Shown: positions 11,189-19,153 of the stretch, one piece after another
Layout: every line of letters starts with the position of its first letter
Numbering within the stretch: position 1 is the first letter of the stretch
From: an uncultured virus (IMG/VR IMGVR_UViG_2061766007_001503)
Lineage: Duplodnaviria; Heunggongvirae; Uroviricota; Caudoviricetes
Strand: one strand, 5' to 3'
Virus record (IMG/VR): IMGVR_UViG_2061766007_001503
Length of the DNA stretch: 64,000 nucleotides
Program-made: the position numbers and the translations under genes
The notes under the pieces: generated by a model
Databases searched by the model: none
Told to the model about the DNA's origin: nothing
What the model saw: only the letters and a program-made list of their open reading frames with translations

Positions 11189-11260
11189 AGCCGGTAGTGG
11201 GACTCGGACCCACATCAGCGGTTTGGAAGACCACGGTGCTAACCATTACACCATACCGAC
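11189..11260 (-). tRNA. tRNA-Gly(TCC)
   Basis: GTCGGTA/TACCGGC acceptor; GTGGT-CT-TCC-AA-ACCGC. Confidence 0.9.
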
Positions 11261-11264
11261 ATAG

Positions 11265-11345
11265 TACAGGCGGAGGGACTCGAACCCTCACCTCTAGGAG
11301 GACAGATCCTTAGTCTGCTGCGTAAACCAGTTCCGCCACGCCTGC
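11265..11345 (-). tRNA. tRNA-Leu(AAG)
   Basis: GCAGA-CT-AAG-GA-TCTGT; long variable arm. Confidence 0.9.
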
Positions 11346-11351
11346 ATACAA

Positions 11352-11431
11352 TATACCCGAAGAGATTCGAACTCTTACGCCGAAGCAACAGGGTTTGAGC
11401 CTATCGTGTCTACCATTTTCACCACGGGTAC
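11352..11431 (-). tRNA. tRNA-Leu(CAA)
   Basis: ATAGG-CT-CAA-AC-CCTGT; long variable arm. Confidence 0.9.
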
Positions 11432-11434
11432 ATA

Positions 11435-11509
11435 AGATGATGACAGGATTCGAACCTGTGATAGCAGAGTTGCAGTCTGCCGTCTTAAGCCAGACTTGAC
11501 TACATCATC
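11435..11509 (-). tRNA. tRNA-Cys(GCA)
   Basis: GATGATG/CATCATC acceptor; GCAGA-CT-GCA-AC-TCTGC. Confidence 0.9.
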
Positions 11510-11520
11510 ATCATCTAGTA

Positions 11521-11608
11521 CGCGGGGAGTAGGATTCGAACCCACGGGCCCATTCCTGGACCAGCGGTTTTCAAGACCGCCGCCTTAAGCCAACTCGGCC
11601 ATCCCCGC
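11521..11608 (-). tRNA. tRNA-Ser(TGA)
   Basis: GCGGT-CT-TGA-AA-ACCGC; long variable arm. Confidence 0.92.
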
Positions 11609-11609
11609 A

Positions 11610-11909
11610 TTACTTACTTTTCATACATTTATACCAATATCTATATAAATCATCTTCATTATAACAATGACAATGCGTTGCATAATAATCGGGATTCTCA
11701 TGATACTGTTTAAGAGCATCTTCCCAAGACCAATAACTCTTAAAGTCATGAATATTCCAACTTTCATAAAATTTCTTTTTAGCATTTCCTTTAAGGGGGA
11801 GCTCTTCAATATCAAGATTTCTCACTCTTCGACTTGCTTGCTTTTTACCAAAAGACGCATATTTTGCGTTGTCGGTAATCACAGGGTGCTTACGATAACT
11901 CCTTGACAT
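11610..11909 (-). CDS. Hypothetical basic protein within tRNA cluster
   Basis: MSRSYRKHP...; strong RBS AAGGAGGA. Confidence 0.8.
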   Translation of the reverse strand: MSRSYRKHPVITDNAKYASFGKKQASRRVRNLDIEELPLKGNAKKKFYESWNIHDFKSYWSWEDALKQYHENPDYYATHCHCYNEDDLYRYWYKCMKSK

Positions 11910-11939
11910 TATGTTATCCTCCTTTTCTATTGTTTAGCG

Positions 11940-12023
11940 TGGGCGAAGAGGGAGTCGAACCCACTCGAACCCGAAGATAGCAGATTTACAGTCTGCCCAG
12001 CCTCCGTAACCGCTTACTCGCCC
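11940..12023 (-). tRNA. tRNA-Tyr(GTA)
   Basis: GCAGA-CT-GTA-AA-TCTGC; long variable arm; atypical D arm. Confidence 0.85.
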
Positions 12024-12210
12024 AAAATAAAAATGGCTATTTACTAGTCAAGAAGGTTGCCAACCTAATAGGAAGAAATTGTGGTGTCTTACTATCATCA
12101 TCCAACCTCCTGTTAACCAACCCCAGGTAGGCATGTTATTCTCGTATTAAACATTCTACGCTACTTTTTCTAGCTAAAGTAGTAAAACATTTAGGTGACT
12201 AACCCCAAAG

Positions 12211-12294
12211 TGCTGATGGTCGGACTTGAACCGACATGGGGTTGCCCCCGAGGGATTTTAAGTCCCTTGTGTCTACCATTTCCACCACACCAGC
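12211..12294 (-). tRNA. tRNA-Leu(TAA)
   Basis: AGGGA-CT-TAA-AA-TCCCT; long variable arm. Confidence 0.92.
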
Positions 12295-12348
12295 AGATCC
12301 GTAGGTCTGAGCACGCCAGCCGCAGACCTACAATTTAATATACAAGTC

Positions 12349-12715
12349 GCGAACAAGGGTTACTTTCTTTAATATAGGCGGGAAAAATAACCGAACCCAC
12401 CGCTTGCAAGCTACCTTTTCATTTTGTACGAAGTGAAAACAGTTAAAAGACTTCGACTGAAGTTATAGCACTTATCAGTTAGGCATTGGTATGCTTGTCT
12501 TAAAGGGAAAGCTCCAACATCGAAAACCTCGCCGTATTTGTTGCTGGTGTTAGAGTGGCGTTTCACCCGAGATTCCGTTGTTTCCTTCATTTTAATTCGT
12601 TAGCAAAAAGGGAACCTCACCAAAAAGCGTGGAAACTGCGTTTCTTAATCTTATTGGCACGCAAGGGCCGCACCGGTACAGTCGTCGCTCACGAGGCATC
12701 TACTAACTCGTTCGC
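12349..12715 (-). ncRNA. Candidate structured ncRNA of about 370 nt, class unknown
   Basis: No credible ORF; ends pair as GCGAACGAG/CTTGTTCGC (G-U only on minus strand); lies between tRNAs. Confidence 0.4.
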
Positions 12716-12731
12716 ATTGATTACTCTTGTT

Positions 12732-12803
12732 CAGGCGATAAAGGATTTGAACCTTTGTTTCTCCGATCTTCCTCGAAGCGTTCTACCACTAAACTAATCG
12801 CAA
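12732..12803 (-). tRNA. Degenerate tRNA-like gene (GAA in an abnormal anticodon loop)
   Basis: Good D arm (GTTT-AGTGGTA-GAAC) and T arm (AAAGG-TTCAAAT-CCTTT); anticodon loop AGGAAGAT lacks U33; acceptor end mismatched. Confidence 0.5.
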
Positions 12804-12893
12804 GGAGCATCTCCGCACAGTAATGTTAGTAGACCGCGGGGCTTCATTCCCACCTGTCATATCCTGTTAATTCAGGCATTACTCCGGTTGAAA

Positions 12894-12966
12894 TAGTGAC
12901 TATAAGACTTGCACTTATGGCCTTTCCCGTATCAGAGGAATGCTCTACTAACTGAGCTAAGTCACT
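12894..12966 (-). tRNA. tRNA-Ile(GAT)
   Basis: AGTGACT/AGTCACT acceptor; TTCCT-CT-GAT-AC-GGGAA; variant T-loop TGCAAGT. Confidence 0.85.
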
Positions 12967-12971
12967 ATAAC

Positions 12972-13042
12972 TAGGCACTAGGGTTGACTATTTTTCACTC
13001 AAATAGAAAATTATCTTGTAATAGTTTTGCTGCATGTGCCTA
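12972..13042 (-). ncRNA. Short RCAGCAA-motif stem RNA (Y-RNA-like end module), copy 1
   Basis: TAGGCAC-ATGCAGCAA...GTGCCTA terminal stem. Confidence 0.45.
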
Positions 13043-13065
13043 TTGTTAAAATAAATAAAATAAAC

Positions 13066-13126
13066 TAGACGCTTATTGTTGAAAACTTTATCAATATAAG
13101 TTATAAGATTTGCTGTTACGCGTCTA
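13066..13126 (-). ncRNA. Short RCAGCAA-motif stem RNA, copy 2
   Basis: TAGACGC-GTAACAGCAA...GCGTCTA terminal stem. Confidence 0.45.
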
Positions 13127-13332
13127 AATAATCTAATAGCTATTAACCTGGCGAGGGAGGTTGCTACCCTAGTTCTTTCTTCGATCTCCGCGGCGCAAAG
13201 AACCAATGTGCCTTAGTACTAAGGGGGTATTATAAGTGCTCGGTTAACCTCTCACGGCATAGGGTTTATTTGTTTACTTCCCAACTAGGAAGCCTGTTTT
13301 GNNNNNNNNNNNNNNNNNNNNNNNNNNNNNNN

Positions 13333-13363
13333 GTCCGGTGCATAACCGATTTGCTACAAGCGC
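13333..13363 (-). tRNA. tRNA 5' half, rest in N-gap (possibly Arg)
   Basis: GCGCTTG-TA-GCAAATCGGTTATGC-A-CCGGAC; resembles the 5' half of tRNA-Arg at 15207. Confidence 0.6.
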
Positions 13364-13372
13364 TGGATTAGA

Positions 13373-13504
13373 TTACTTGCTTTCAGCCTTACGAACCTCT
13401 CGTTTAAGTCTACGAACAACACCACCACACTTAATATTTTTTACACAATTCTCAAGTCTTGCAAGACGATCTTTCTTCAGCGCTAACTTCTGTTCAAAAG
13501 TCAT
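13373..13504 (-). CDS. Small basic hypothetical protein (43 aa)
   Basis: MTFEQKLALKKDRLARLENCVKNIKCGGVVRRLKREVRKAESK*; RBS and promoter upstream. Confidence 0.65.
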   Translation of the reverse strand: MTFEQKLALKKDRLARLENCVKNIKCGGVVRRLKREVRKAESK

Positions 13505-13665
13505 TTTCTTAATTTCCTTTCCTTAACTTTCTATATATATTATATCAAAAATTTTGATTAATTTCAACGGGGCGCCCTAGGCGGTAATGCCTATTCACAA
13601 TTATTAAAAGCGCCCCTTTTTATATTATAATCTAGGCTTGTCTTATCCCGCGCCTAGTCCGGGGA

Positions 13666-13736
13666 TAGCAGGTACCAGATTCGAACTGGTGTCTTCTGCG
13701 TATGAGGCAGACAAGGATCCACTCCTCCAACCCGCG
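13666..13736 (-). tRNA. tRNA-Met(CAT), initiator-like
   Basis: TCTGC-CT-CAT-AC-GCAGA; C1:U72 mismatch. Confidence 0.8.
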
Positions 13737-13915
13737 TTAAATCAAATATAATTTAGGCTCTCTTTTTTGTAGGGAAGCTCTTTTCATTGTATCCTACATT
13801 TTGCTGCAGACCGCTTCGACTTTTTTATCTTAACCTCGCCTCGATAAGGGGAGTCTATATCTCCCGAAAGCCATTCTTAGACCGCGTACTCTAAGTCCGT
13901 CTTATTATATTTGAG

Positions 13916-13987
13916 TACTGCCTGCGGGTGCTGACCCCGCCTGATAGCCTTGAAAGGGCTACTTCTGAACCGCTCGAATAAGGCAGC
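13916..13987 (-). tRNA. tRNA-Glu(TTC)
   Basis: TAGCC-CT-TTC-AA-GGCTA; variant T-loop GTCAGCA. Confidence 0.8.
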
Positions 13988-14243
13988 TAAATGGTAGTTT
14001 ATCTGCCTGTTTTGATTATACTCGTCTCTGCCACCATAAACTACCAAATCCTGTTTTGACGAGTCCACGATAGCCTGCCGATGCGGATCGACCACCTTCC
14101 GCTCTTTCCAGTGTAAGATTTCTCTTACTTTTGGGGAGATTAGGGTCATTTTCTCTAATCGGTTATCTACCCTTTGTGGTGAAATAAAATTGCTTTCATC
14201 TTCATGACTTCTCTTCCCGGCATCTTGCCTGCAATTTTATTAG

Positions 14244-14315
14244 TGACTCAACCAGGAATCGAACCTAGGTCTCTGCCGTGAGAGGGCAGCGTCTTAACCT
14301 CTTGACTACTGAGCC
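14244..14315 (-). tRNA. tRNA-Glu(CTC)
   Basis: CTGCC-CT-CTC-AC-GGCAG. Confidence 0.9.
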
Positions 14316-14530
14316 ATAGGGAGGAAGAGTTGTAGTTTTCTACCTCTTTCTACAAGGATTTACGGCTTTTANNNNNNNNNNNNNNNNNNNNNNTTATAGT
14401 ATACGAGTAATCAACTTACAATGGAAACTCGGTTCTTTTAAGGTGGTTTTCTCCACCAAGATTATTTATTATTTCCTTGACTTTCTATATATATTATATC
14501 AAAAATTTTTATAAAAATCAAATGGAAATA

Positions 14531-14881
14531 TTATCTGTAGCCCACCTTGTCATACATCTGGGCATAACTCTTCACACGATCATGTGTAAGAATACCCATA
14601 AGACGCTCATTGTCACCTTCCTCTTTAATGAGAATACGAGCTGAGTCAGTAGACACAGAACCTCTCCCGCGGGGACGGGTAAGTAACTTTGCACATTTCT
14701 CAATGCGCGCCATATCAGTCGTGTTTAACTCCATGCGGCCTCCGCCGCCAATAATAATGAAGATAGGTTTGCCATTCTTAAACACAGGTTTAGCATCAAG
14801 GATCTTCCCGCACCAGTCAATATGGTACTGATCCTGGACATCTGTTACAATTAAATGACTAAAGATTTTAACTTCTTCCAT
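14531..14881 (-). CDS. Hypothetical protein
   Basis: 116-aa ORF with RBS GAGGGG. Confidence 0.75.
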   Translation of the reverse strand: MEEVKIFSHLIVTDVQDQYHIDWCGKILDAKPVFKNGKPIFIIIGGGGRMELNTTDMARIEKCAKLLTRPRGRGSVSTDSARILIKEEGDNERLMGILTHDRVKSYAQMYDKVGYR

Positions 14882-15070
14882 TTATTTCCCCTCTTGTAAA
14901 GAATTAAAGAAATTTGCAACATCATCACTAACTTTTCTAGTTTCAACAGTACTTCTTGGTGCTGGCTTAGATTGATGATAAGGGTGATGTTCCTTCCAAC
15001 ATTCGAGGAAATGTTTTCTTATTGTTTCTTCTTTATAAAATTCTTGTCCGCAAGTAGGGCATATAAACAA
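14882..15070 (-). CDS. Small C2H2-like zinc-finger protein
   Basis: CPTCGQEF...RKHFLECWKEHH. Confidence 0.65.
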   Translation of the reverse strand: MFICPTCGQEFYKEETIRKHFLECWKEHHPYHQSKPAPRSTVETRKVSDDVANFFNSLQEGK

Positions 15071-15170
15071 TTTAATTTCCTCNNNNNNNNNNNNNNNNNN
15101 NNNNNNNNNNNNNNNNNNNNNNNNNNNNNNNNNNNNNNNNNNNNNNNNNNNNNNNNNNNNNNNNNNNNNN

Positions 15171-15205
15171 AAGGCACGCGCTCATCCCAGCTGAGCTACG
15201 CCAGC
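15171..15205 (-). tRNA. tRNA 5' half, anticodon T?? in N-gap
   Basis: GCTGGCG-TA-GCTC-AGCTGGGAT-GAGC-G-CGTGC-CT-T. Confidence 0.7.
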
Positions 15206-15206
15206 G

Positions 15207-15279
15207 TACAACCGGAGGGATTCGAACCCACAGTCTGCGGATTAGAAATCCGGTGCATTATCCATTATGCTACGGTTGC
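15207..15279 (-). tRNA. tRNA-Arg(TCT)
   Basis: CCGGA-TT-TCT-AA-TCCGC; TTCGAAT T-loop. Confidence 0.88.
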
Positions 15280-15283
15280 ATTT

Positions 15284-15347
15284 AGGATTGCTTTAGTCTC
15301 ACGCTCGTACAATCCTGCCGATATACCTATCGGACGCCGCCGCATCT
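15284..15347 (-). ncRNA. tRNA-leader RNA motif, copy 1
   Basis: AGATGCGGCGGCGT, hairpin, then AGGATTG-TAC...CAATCCT ending 4 nt before tRNA-Arg. Confidence 0.5.
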
Positions 15348-15597
15348 TATTATTTTTCATCTGCCCTTTTGCGGGGAGCAGGCGCCTGCGTTAAAGTCAT
15401 GAGGCTGCGACTATTGGGGCGTTCTCCTTGCAACTCAAACATTTACCACAGGATTCGTACCCGTCACCCCTTATAATTGATAGATTTTCGGCAGACGCTC
15501 AACCCTGTCTATCTCAGGACCACCCAGCATCTTCATACCCCGCCCGAGCATCTTTTGAGTATGACGCTCGTGTTAGCCGCCATCTGCCTAGCCTTTC

Positions 15598-15824
15598 GAC
15601 TTGTTAGTATTTTATTTTGGAAAGGGAATCTAACCTAACCCCTTTTCGTTTGCAAACTAGCTTACTTCATTTCGAGGCTTCAGGCGACCACCTCAGGTAG
15701 CAACATAGCTTAATTAGACCTACCGCATTTTCTTGGCATCTTTTTGCCCTTCTCGTTGGCGGGTGAGGAAAGATAATGCTCTGCAATCTCCCTTACGGTT
15801 AGCTCTGAGACACGCTAACAAGTC
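15598..15824 (-). ncRNA. Candidate structured ncRNA of about 230 nt
   Basis: Perfect 10-bp long-range stem GACTTGTTAG/CTAACAAGTC inside about 600 nt of ORF-free DNA between tRNAs. Confidence 0.4.
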
Positions 15825-15889
15825 ACTGGTCTGTTCCTATTCAACTCCAGCATCAAGTCACTCTAACGCTTTATTTGCCTTAGAGAACG

Positions 15890-16704
15890 CGGGAAGACAG
15901 GGACTTGAACCCCGATACTACGGTTAATGGATAAATGAGTACTGACCTCAAATCTTTGACCATTCTTCATTAGTGTAATTATTAATATCTGTCTTTTTTC
16001 GAGGAAGATGTTCTGCGTCACACCATTTACGAATTGCATTATCTGTCACACCATATCGTGATGCAATTTGAGTAAAAGACATTGTTCTAATTAATTGTTT
16101 TAGTTCCTCACGAGAAGGTCTTTCAGCCTTTCTAGTAGCTTGTCTATGGCATTCTTCACATAATCCTGTTATTGTTTTACCACTTAATTGTTTACCACAA
16201 TTATTACAATAATATATTGTTTTTTCTAAAAGTTTTTCTTTTTCTTCTCTTAATTGATTTGCAATATCTTCATTATAATTTTGTTTTTCCCACAATTCTT
16301 CTTCAGAATAAAGATTGTTATGTATTTCTCTATGACAATTAGCACATACTAAAACACATTTCTTTATTTCTGCTAAATCCTTTTCCAAATCATGGCAAGT
16401 TCCATTTTGAGATATAGCATAATCTTTTTCTTCAGGATTAATATGATGAAATTCTAATGCATCAGGAATTTTATCATATCCGCATAAACAACATCTACTT
16501 CCTAAAACTTTAATTAAATTTTGCTTTCTTCTTCTTCTAAAATTACTAACATCTAAAGCAGATCCCATAGTTAAAAACTCCTTTCTTTTTCTTACTATAC
16601 TTAAGTTTTTAACTATTTTAATTAATCACTAATGTCCTATGTTCAATATTTTCTTTAAACTATTATCCCACAGCCGCATGTCCTAACCATTGGACGATCA
16701 ACCC
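15890..16704 (-). tRNA. tRNA-Asn(GTT) split in the anticodon: exon 1 16671-16704, exon 2 15890-15927, 743-nt insert
   Basis: Joined halves give GGGTTGA-TC-GTCC-AATGGTTA-GGAC-A-TGCGG-CT-G|TT-AA-CCGTA-GTAT-CGGGG-TTCAAGT-CCCTG-TCTTCCC-G. Confidence 0.85.
15948..16568 (-). CDS. HNH endonuclease with zinc finger and C-terminal HTH, encoded inside tRNA-Asn
   Basis: CCLCGY...LEFHHINP...VCANCHREIH; CNNC...CEEC; SFTQIASRYGVTDNAIRKW. Confidence 0.85.
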   Translation of the reverse strand: MGSALDVSNFRRRRKQNLIKVLGSRCCLCGYDKIPDALEFHHINPEEKDYAISQNGTCHDLEKDLAEIKKCVLVCANCHREIHNNLYSEEELWEKQNYNEDIANQLREEKEKLLEKTIYYCNNCGKQLSGKTITGLCEECHRQATRKAERPSREELKQLIRTMSFTQIASRYGVTDNAIRKWCDAEHLPRKKTDINNYTNEEWSKI

Positions 16705-16849
16705 AAAATTATAACCAACAGTACAAGCCATCATCTTGCCAAATGCGGCATCCACCCCTCGGAAGCAGTGAGCGTAGCTGATGAGGCTACGGCTTCCAAC
16801 CACTGCTTGCGGATTCGAACCACTACACTACATTCCTGCTAATTATAAG

Positions 16850-16923
16850 CGATGACAGAGGGACTTGAACCCTCGACCTCTAGCGTGACAGGCTAGCGTT
16901 CTAACCAACTGAACTATGCCACC
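16850..16923 (-). tRNA. tRNA-Asp(GTC)
   Basis: CTAGC-CT-GTC-AC-GCTAG; canonical arms. Confidence 0.93.
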
Positions 16924-16927
16924 AATG

Positions 16928-16984
16928 GGTGCGATTTTGATACCGGTGTACGCACCGCCCCTTATGGGGGACACCGCCGCATCT
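16928..16984 (-). ncRNA. tRNA-leader RNA motif, copy 2
   Basis: AGATGCGGCGGTGT, hairpin, then GGTGCG-TAC...CGCACC ending 4 nt before tRNA-Asp. Confidence 0.5.
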
Positions 16985-17103
16985 CTTATTTATACTCTCT
17001 CAGCGTGGGGAGTAAGAGGGGCTTCCTTCAGGAAACTTGAGCATTGCCGAGCCCTCAGCTGGTGCCAGCCAACTCCCGAGTTTGAGCGTCCTCAAAAGTG
17101 AGC

Positions 17104-17262
17104 AGTTCTGAAATCAAGTTTCCATAGCAACCATAACCAACTTTTAGATGTTCTAACCGATTATAAACTACTCGCTCTTTTTAAGAGCAAGAGAGGATTT
17201 GAACCTCTTCCTTTCTAATCATCAGAAATGGTCACTTATTAATTTTTGCTATACTCAGAACT
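17104..17262 (-). ncRNA. YrlA-like Y RNA (circularly permuted tRNA-like domain on a long stem)
   Basis: TTAGA-AAGGA-[AGAGG TTCAAAT CCTCT]-[CTTGCTC TTAAAAA GAGCGAG]-TA-[GTTT ATAATCGGTTA GAAC]-A-TCTAA, flanked by GTGACCAT/ATGGTTGC and AGTTCTGA/TCAGAACT stems. Confidence 0.75.
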
Positions 17263-17674
17263 AATCAAAACTGAGTACTTGCAAGTATATAATAAGAAGT
17301 GCAAGCAACCTAAAAGGGAATGACGGAGCATTTCACGCCCGCACTTTTATTACCGAATAAAGCAAGTTTTTTAATGGGAAAACTTGCAAAACCGAGTAGA
17401 ATTAAATGCAGGAATCGCTTCCCGCCCCGTTACTCGTTGAACGAGAAAGTCACCCCCAGAGGCTAGGGGACAGCCACAAAGCTTACTGCGAAGTTACAAA
17501 ATGTAAGAAATAAGGTTTTCCTTTTTGAACTTTCTTACATATTTATTATATCATATTTTTTTGATAAAATCAAATGGTTGATATTTTATCTAAAAATAAG
17601 ATATACACACTTAAAAACCGCTGACCAACTTTTTTTCTTTCTTTATCTTATGAAANNNNNNNNNNNNNTAAAAA

Positions 17675-17974
17675 TCAAATAAAGAACTTATGATCACGAG
17701 CATACTTATTAATGTAGAGTACAAAAGCGTGCATCTTGTGATAGTTCTCTGGCTTCCAACTATAAAGAAGCGTCTTACCGTCAAAAGAAATCTGATCAGG
17801 GCTGTATTTATCTACTAACCATTGGATATAATCGACGGGCGCCATACCGAGCATACGAGCTGGAACCCACCACATACCGGCTAGACCTGCGAGATCGGAC
17901 ACATCGTTACAGTGCCACCCACTCACACTTTCCCACTCTGTATATTTTAAGATTGCTTTCTGCGCCCTTGCCAT
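17675..17974 (-). CDS. Hypothetical protein
   Basis: 99-aa ORF. Confidence 0.7.
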   Translation of the reverse strand: MARAQKAILKYTEWESVSGWHCNDVSDLAGLAGMWWVPARMLGMAPVDYIQWLVDKYSPDQISFDGKTLLYSWKPENYHKMHAFVLYINKYARDHKFFI

Positions 17975-17976
17975 AA

Positions 17977-18168
17977 TTATAACCCCAAATTTTTCATTAA
18001 GTTCTGAACATTCTTGATTTCTTCCTCAGTAGGAGGAGCAACATCTGCGGCGGTCGATGCTGAACCTTCGGCGCTTTCAACCTGCGTCGCCGCATTTCCG
18101 CCACCAACAACATCTTTAGCACAAGTAACAGTTACTTTTAATTCAATTTTGGTGCCGTCCTCTATCAT
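17977..18168 (-). CDS. Hypothetical protein (start may lie further upstream)
   Basis: 63-aa ORF abutting next gene. Confidence 0.6.
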   Translation of the reverse strand: MIEDGTKIELKVTVTCAKDVVGGGNAATQVESAEGSASTAADVAPPTEEEIKNVQNLMKNLGL

Positions 18169-18267
18169 AGGAATTCTAATTTCTTTTTCGCCATTATAAA
18201 GAAAAGAACCTTCAAATGTTTCTAAAAGTTTAGTATAAAAAATCTTNNNNNNNNNNNNNNNNNNNNN

Positions 18268-19153
18268 NTCCTTTATAAATATATTGACTTGTTTCTAATA
18301 ATAAATCTTCAATTTTAATATCGTTTAAATGTGTGTATGGTATACGAATAAGTGGAATATTATTTTTTATACACCAATTATTTTTAATTTCATCATTCTT
18401 TTGATTTTCTTGTAATTGTTTTTCTCCACCAAAATATTNNNNNNNNNNNNNNNNATTGATTATTAATATAAAAATCAAATCTATACATTGAATTAGTAAT
18501 TGGTGACCTACAACTATCAAAAGATTTTTCTTTTTCATATAAAATATTATTATCTTTTAATAATTGTTCAATTAATAATTCCCCTCTTGATTGGTGAGAG
18601 CACCCGCAAGAAAGCGTTCTATTTTGAGTCAATGAGTTAATATCAACTTCACATTCATTACCACAATCACATATACACTTNNNNNNNNNNNNNNNNNNNN
18701 NNNNNNNNNNNNTAATTTACCAAAACGCTGTCCTGTAATATCAAATTTTTGTGCAGCACGAATATTATTTATTTCTGATAACAAACATCCACAAGAAGTG
18801 GTATGACCACTCCTTAAATTACTTCCAAATACAGAAACTATATTTCCACAATCACATTGGCATTTCCATTTTGCAAGGCCCGTGTTTGAAGAACCATCTC
18901 TTTCTAAAACTAATAATCTACCAAATTTTTGTCCTACTAAATCTAGGCATTGTTTTTTTGCAGCTTCTATTCTTAAGCAGCCACAAGATCGAGTTTCTCC
19001 ATTTCGTAATTTTGAACCAATAACAATTGTAGTGTTTCCACAGTCACATTTACATAACCAATAAGCATTTTTTTGAGATCCTTTTTTTGAATAATCTCTT
19101 TGTAAAACTGTTAATTTACCATATTTATTTCCTGTTTCATCAATTGCGCCCAT
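18268..19153 (-). CDS. Homing-type endonuclease: repeated CxCDCG zinc modules plus C-terminal DUF559/Vsr-like nuclease (broken by N-gaps)
   Basis: GKLTVLQRD...WLCKCDCGN repeats; SRGELLIEQLL...YRFDFYI...NDEIKNNWCIKNNIPLIRIPY. Confidence 0.7.

Noticed and set aside
15928..16670. Group I or group II intron in tRNA-Asn
   Set aside because: Only about 120 nt of AT-rich non-coding flank, no terminal G, no GUGYG start or domain V seen.
16775..16792. Hammerhead ribozyme suggested by CTGATGAG
   Set aside because: It is the loop of a simple GTAGC/GCTAC hairpin on the non-transcribed strand, with no properly placed GAAA.
11090..16923. Theta (HDV-like) ribozymes at tRNA 3' ends
   Set aside because: No nested double-pseudoknot found by eye; the sequence after tRNA-Met (about 13630-13665) forms only a simple H-type pseudoknot. 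A motif search would be needed to exclude them.
17004..17070. SRP (4.5S) RNA suggested by GAAGGAAGC
   Set aside because: The conserved CAGG...GGAAGCAG internal loop is not present; left unassigned.
10909..17101. ORFs 10909..11139, 12555..12797, 12988..13206, 13877..14149, 15733..15927, 16916..17101
   Set aside because: They overlap tRNAs or structured RNA, lack RBS and look like chance ORFs.
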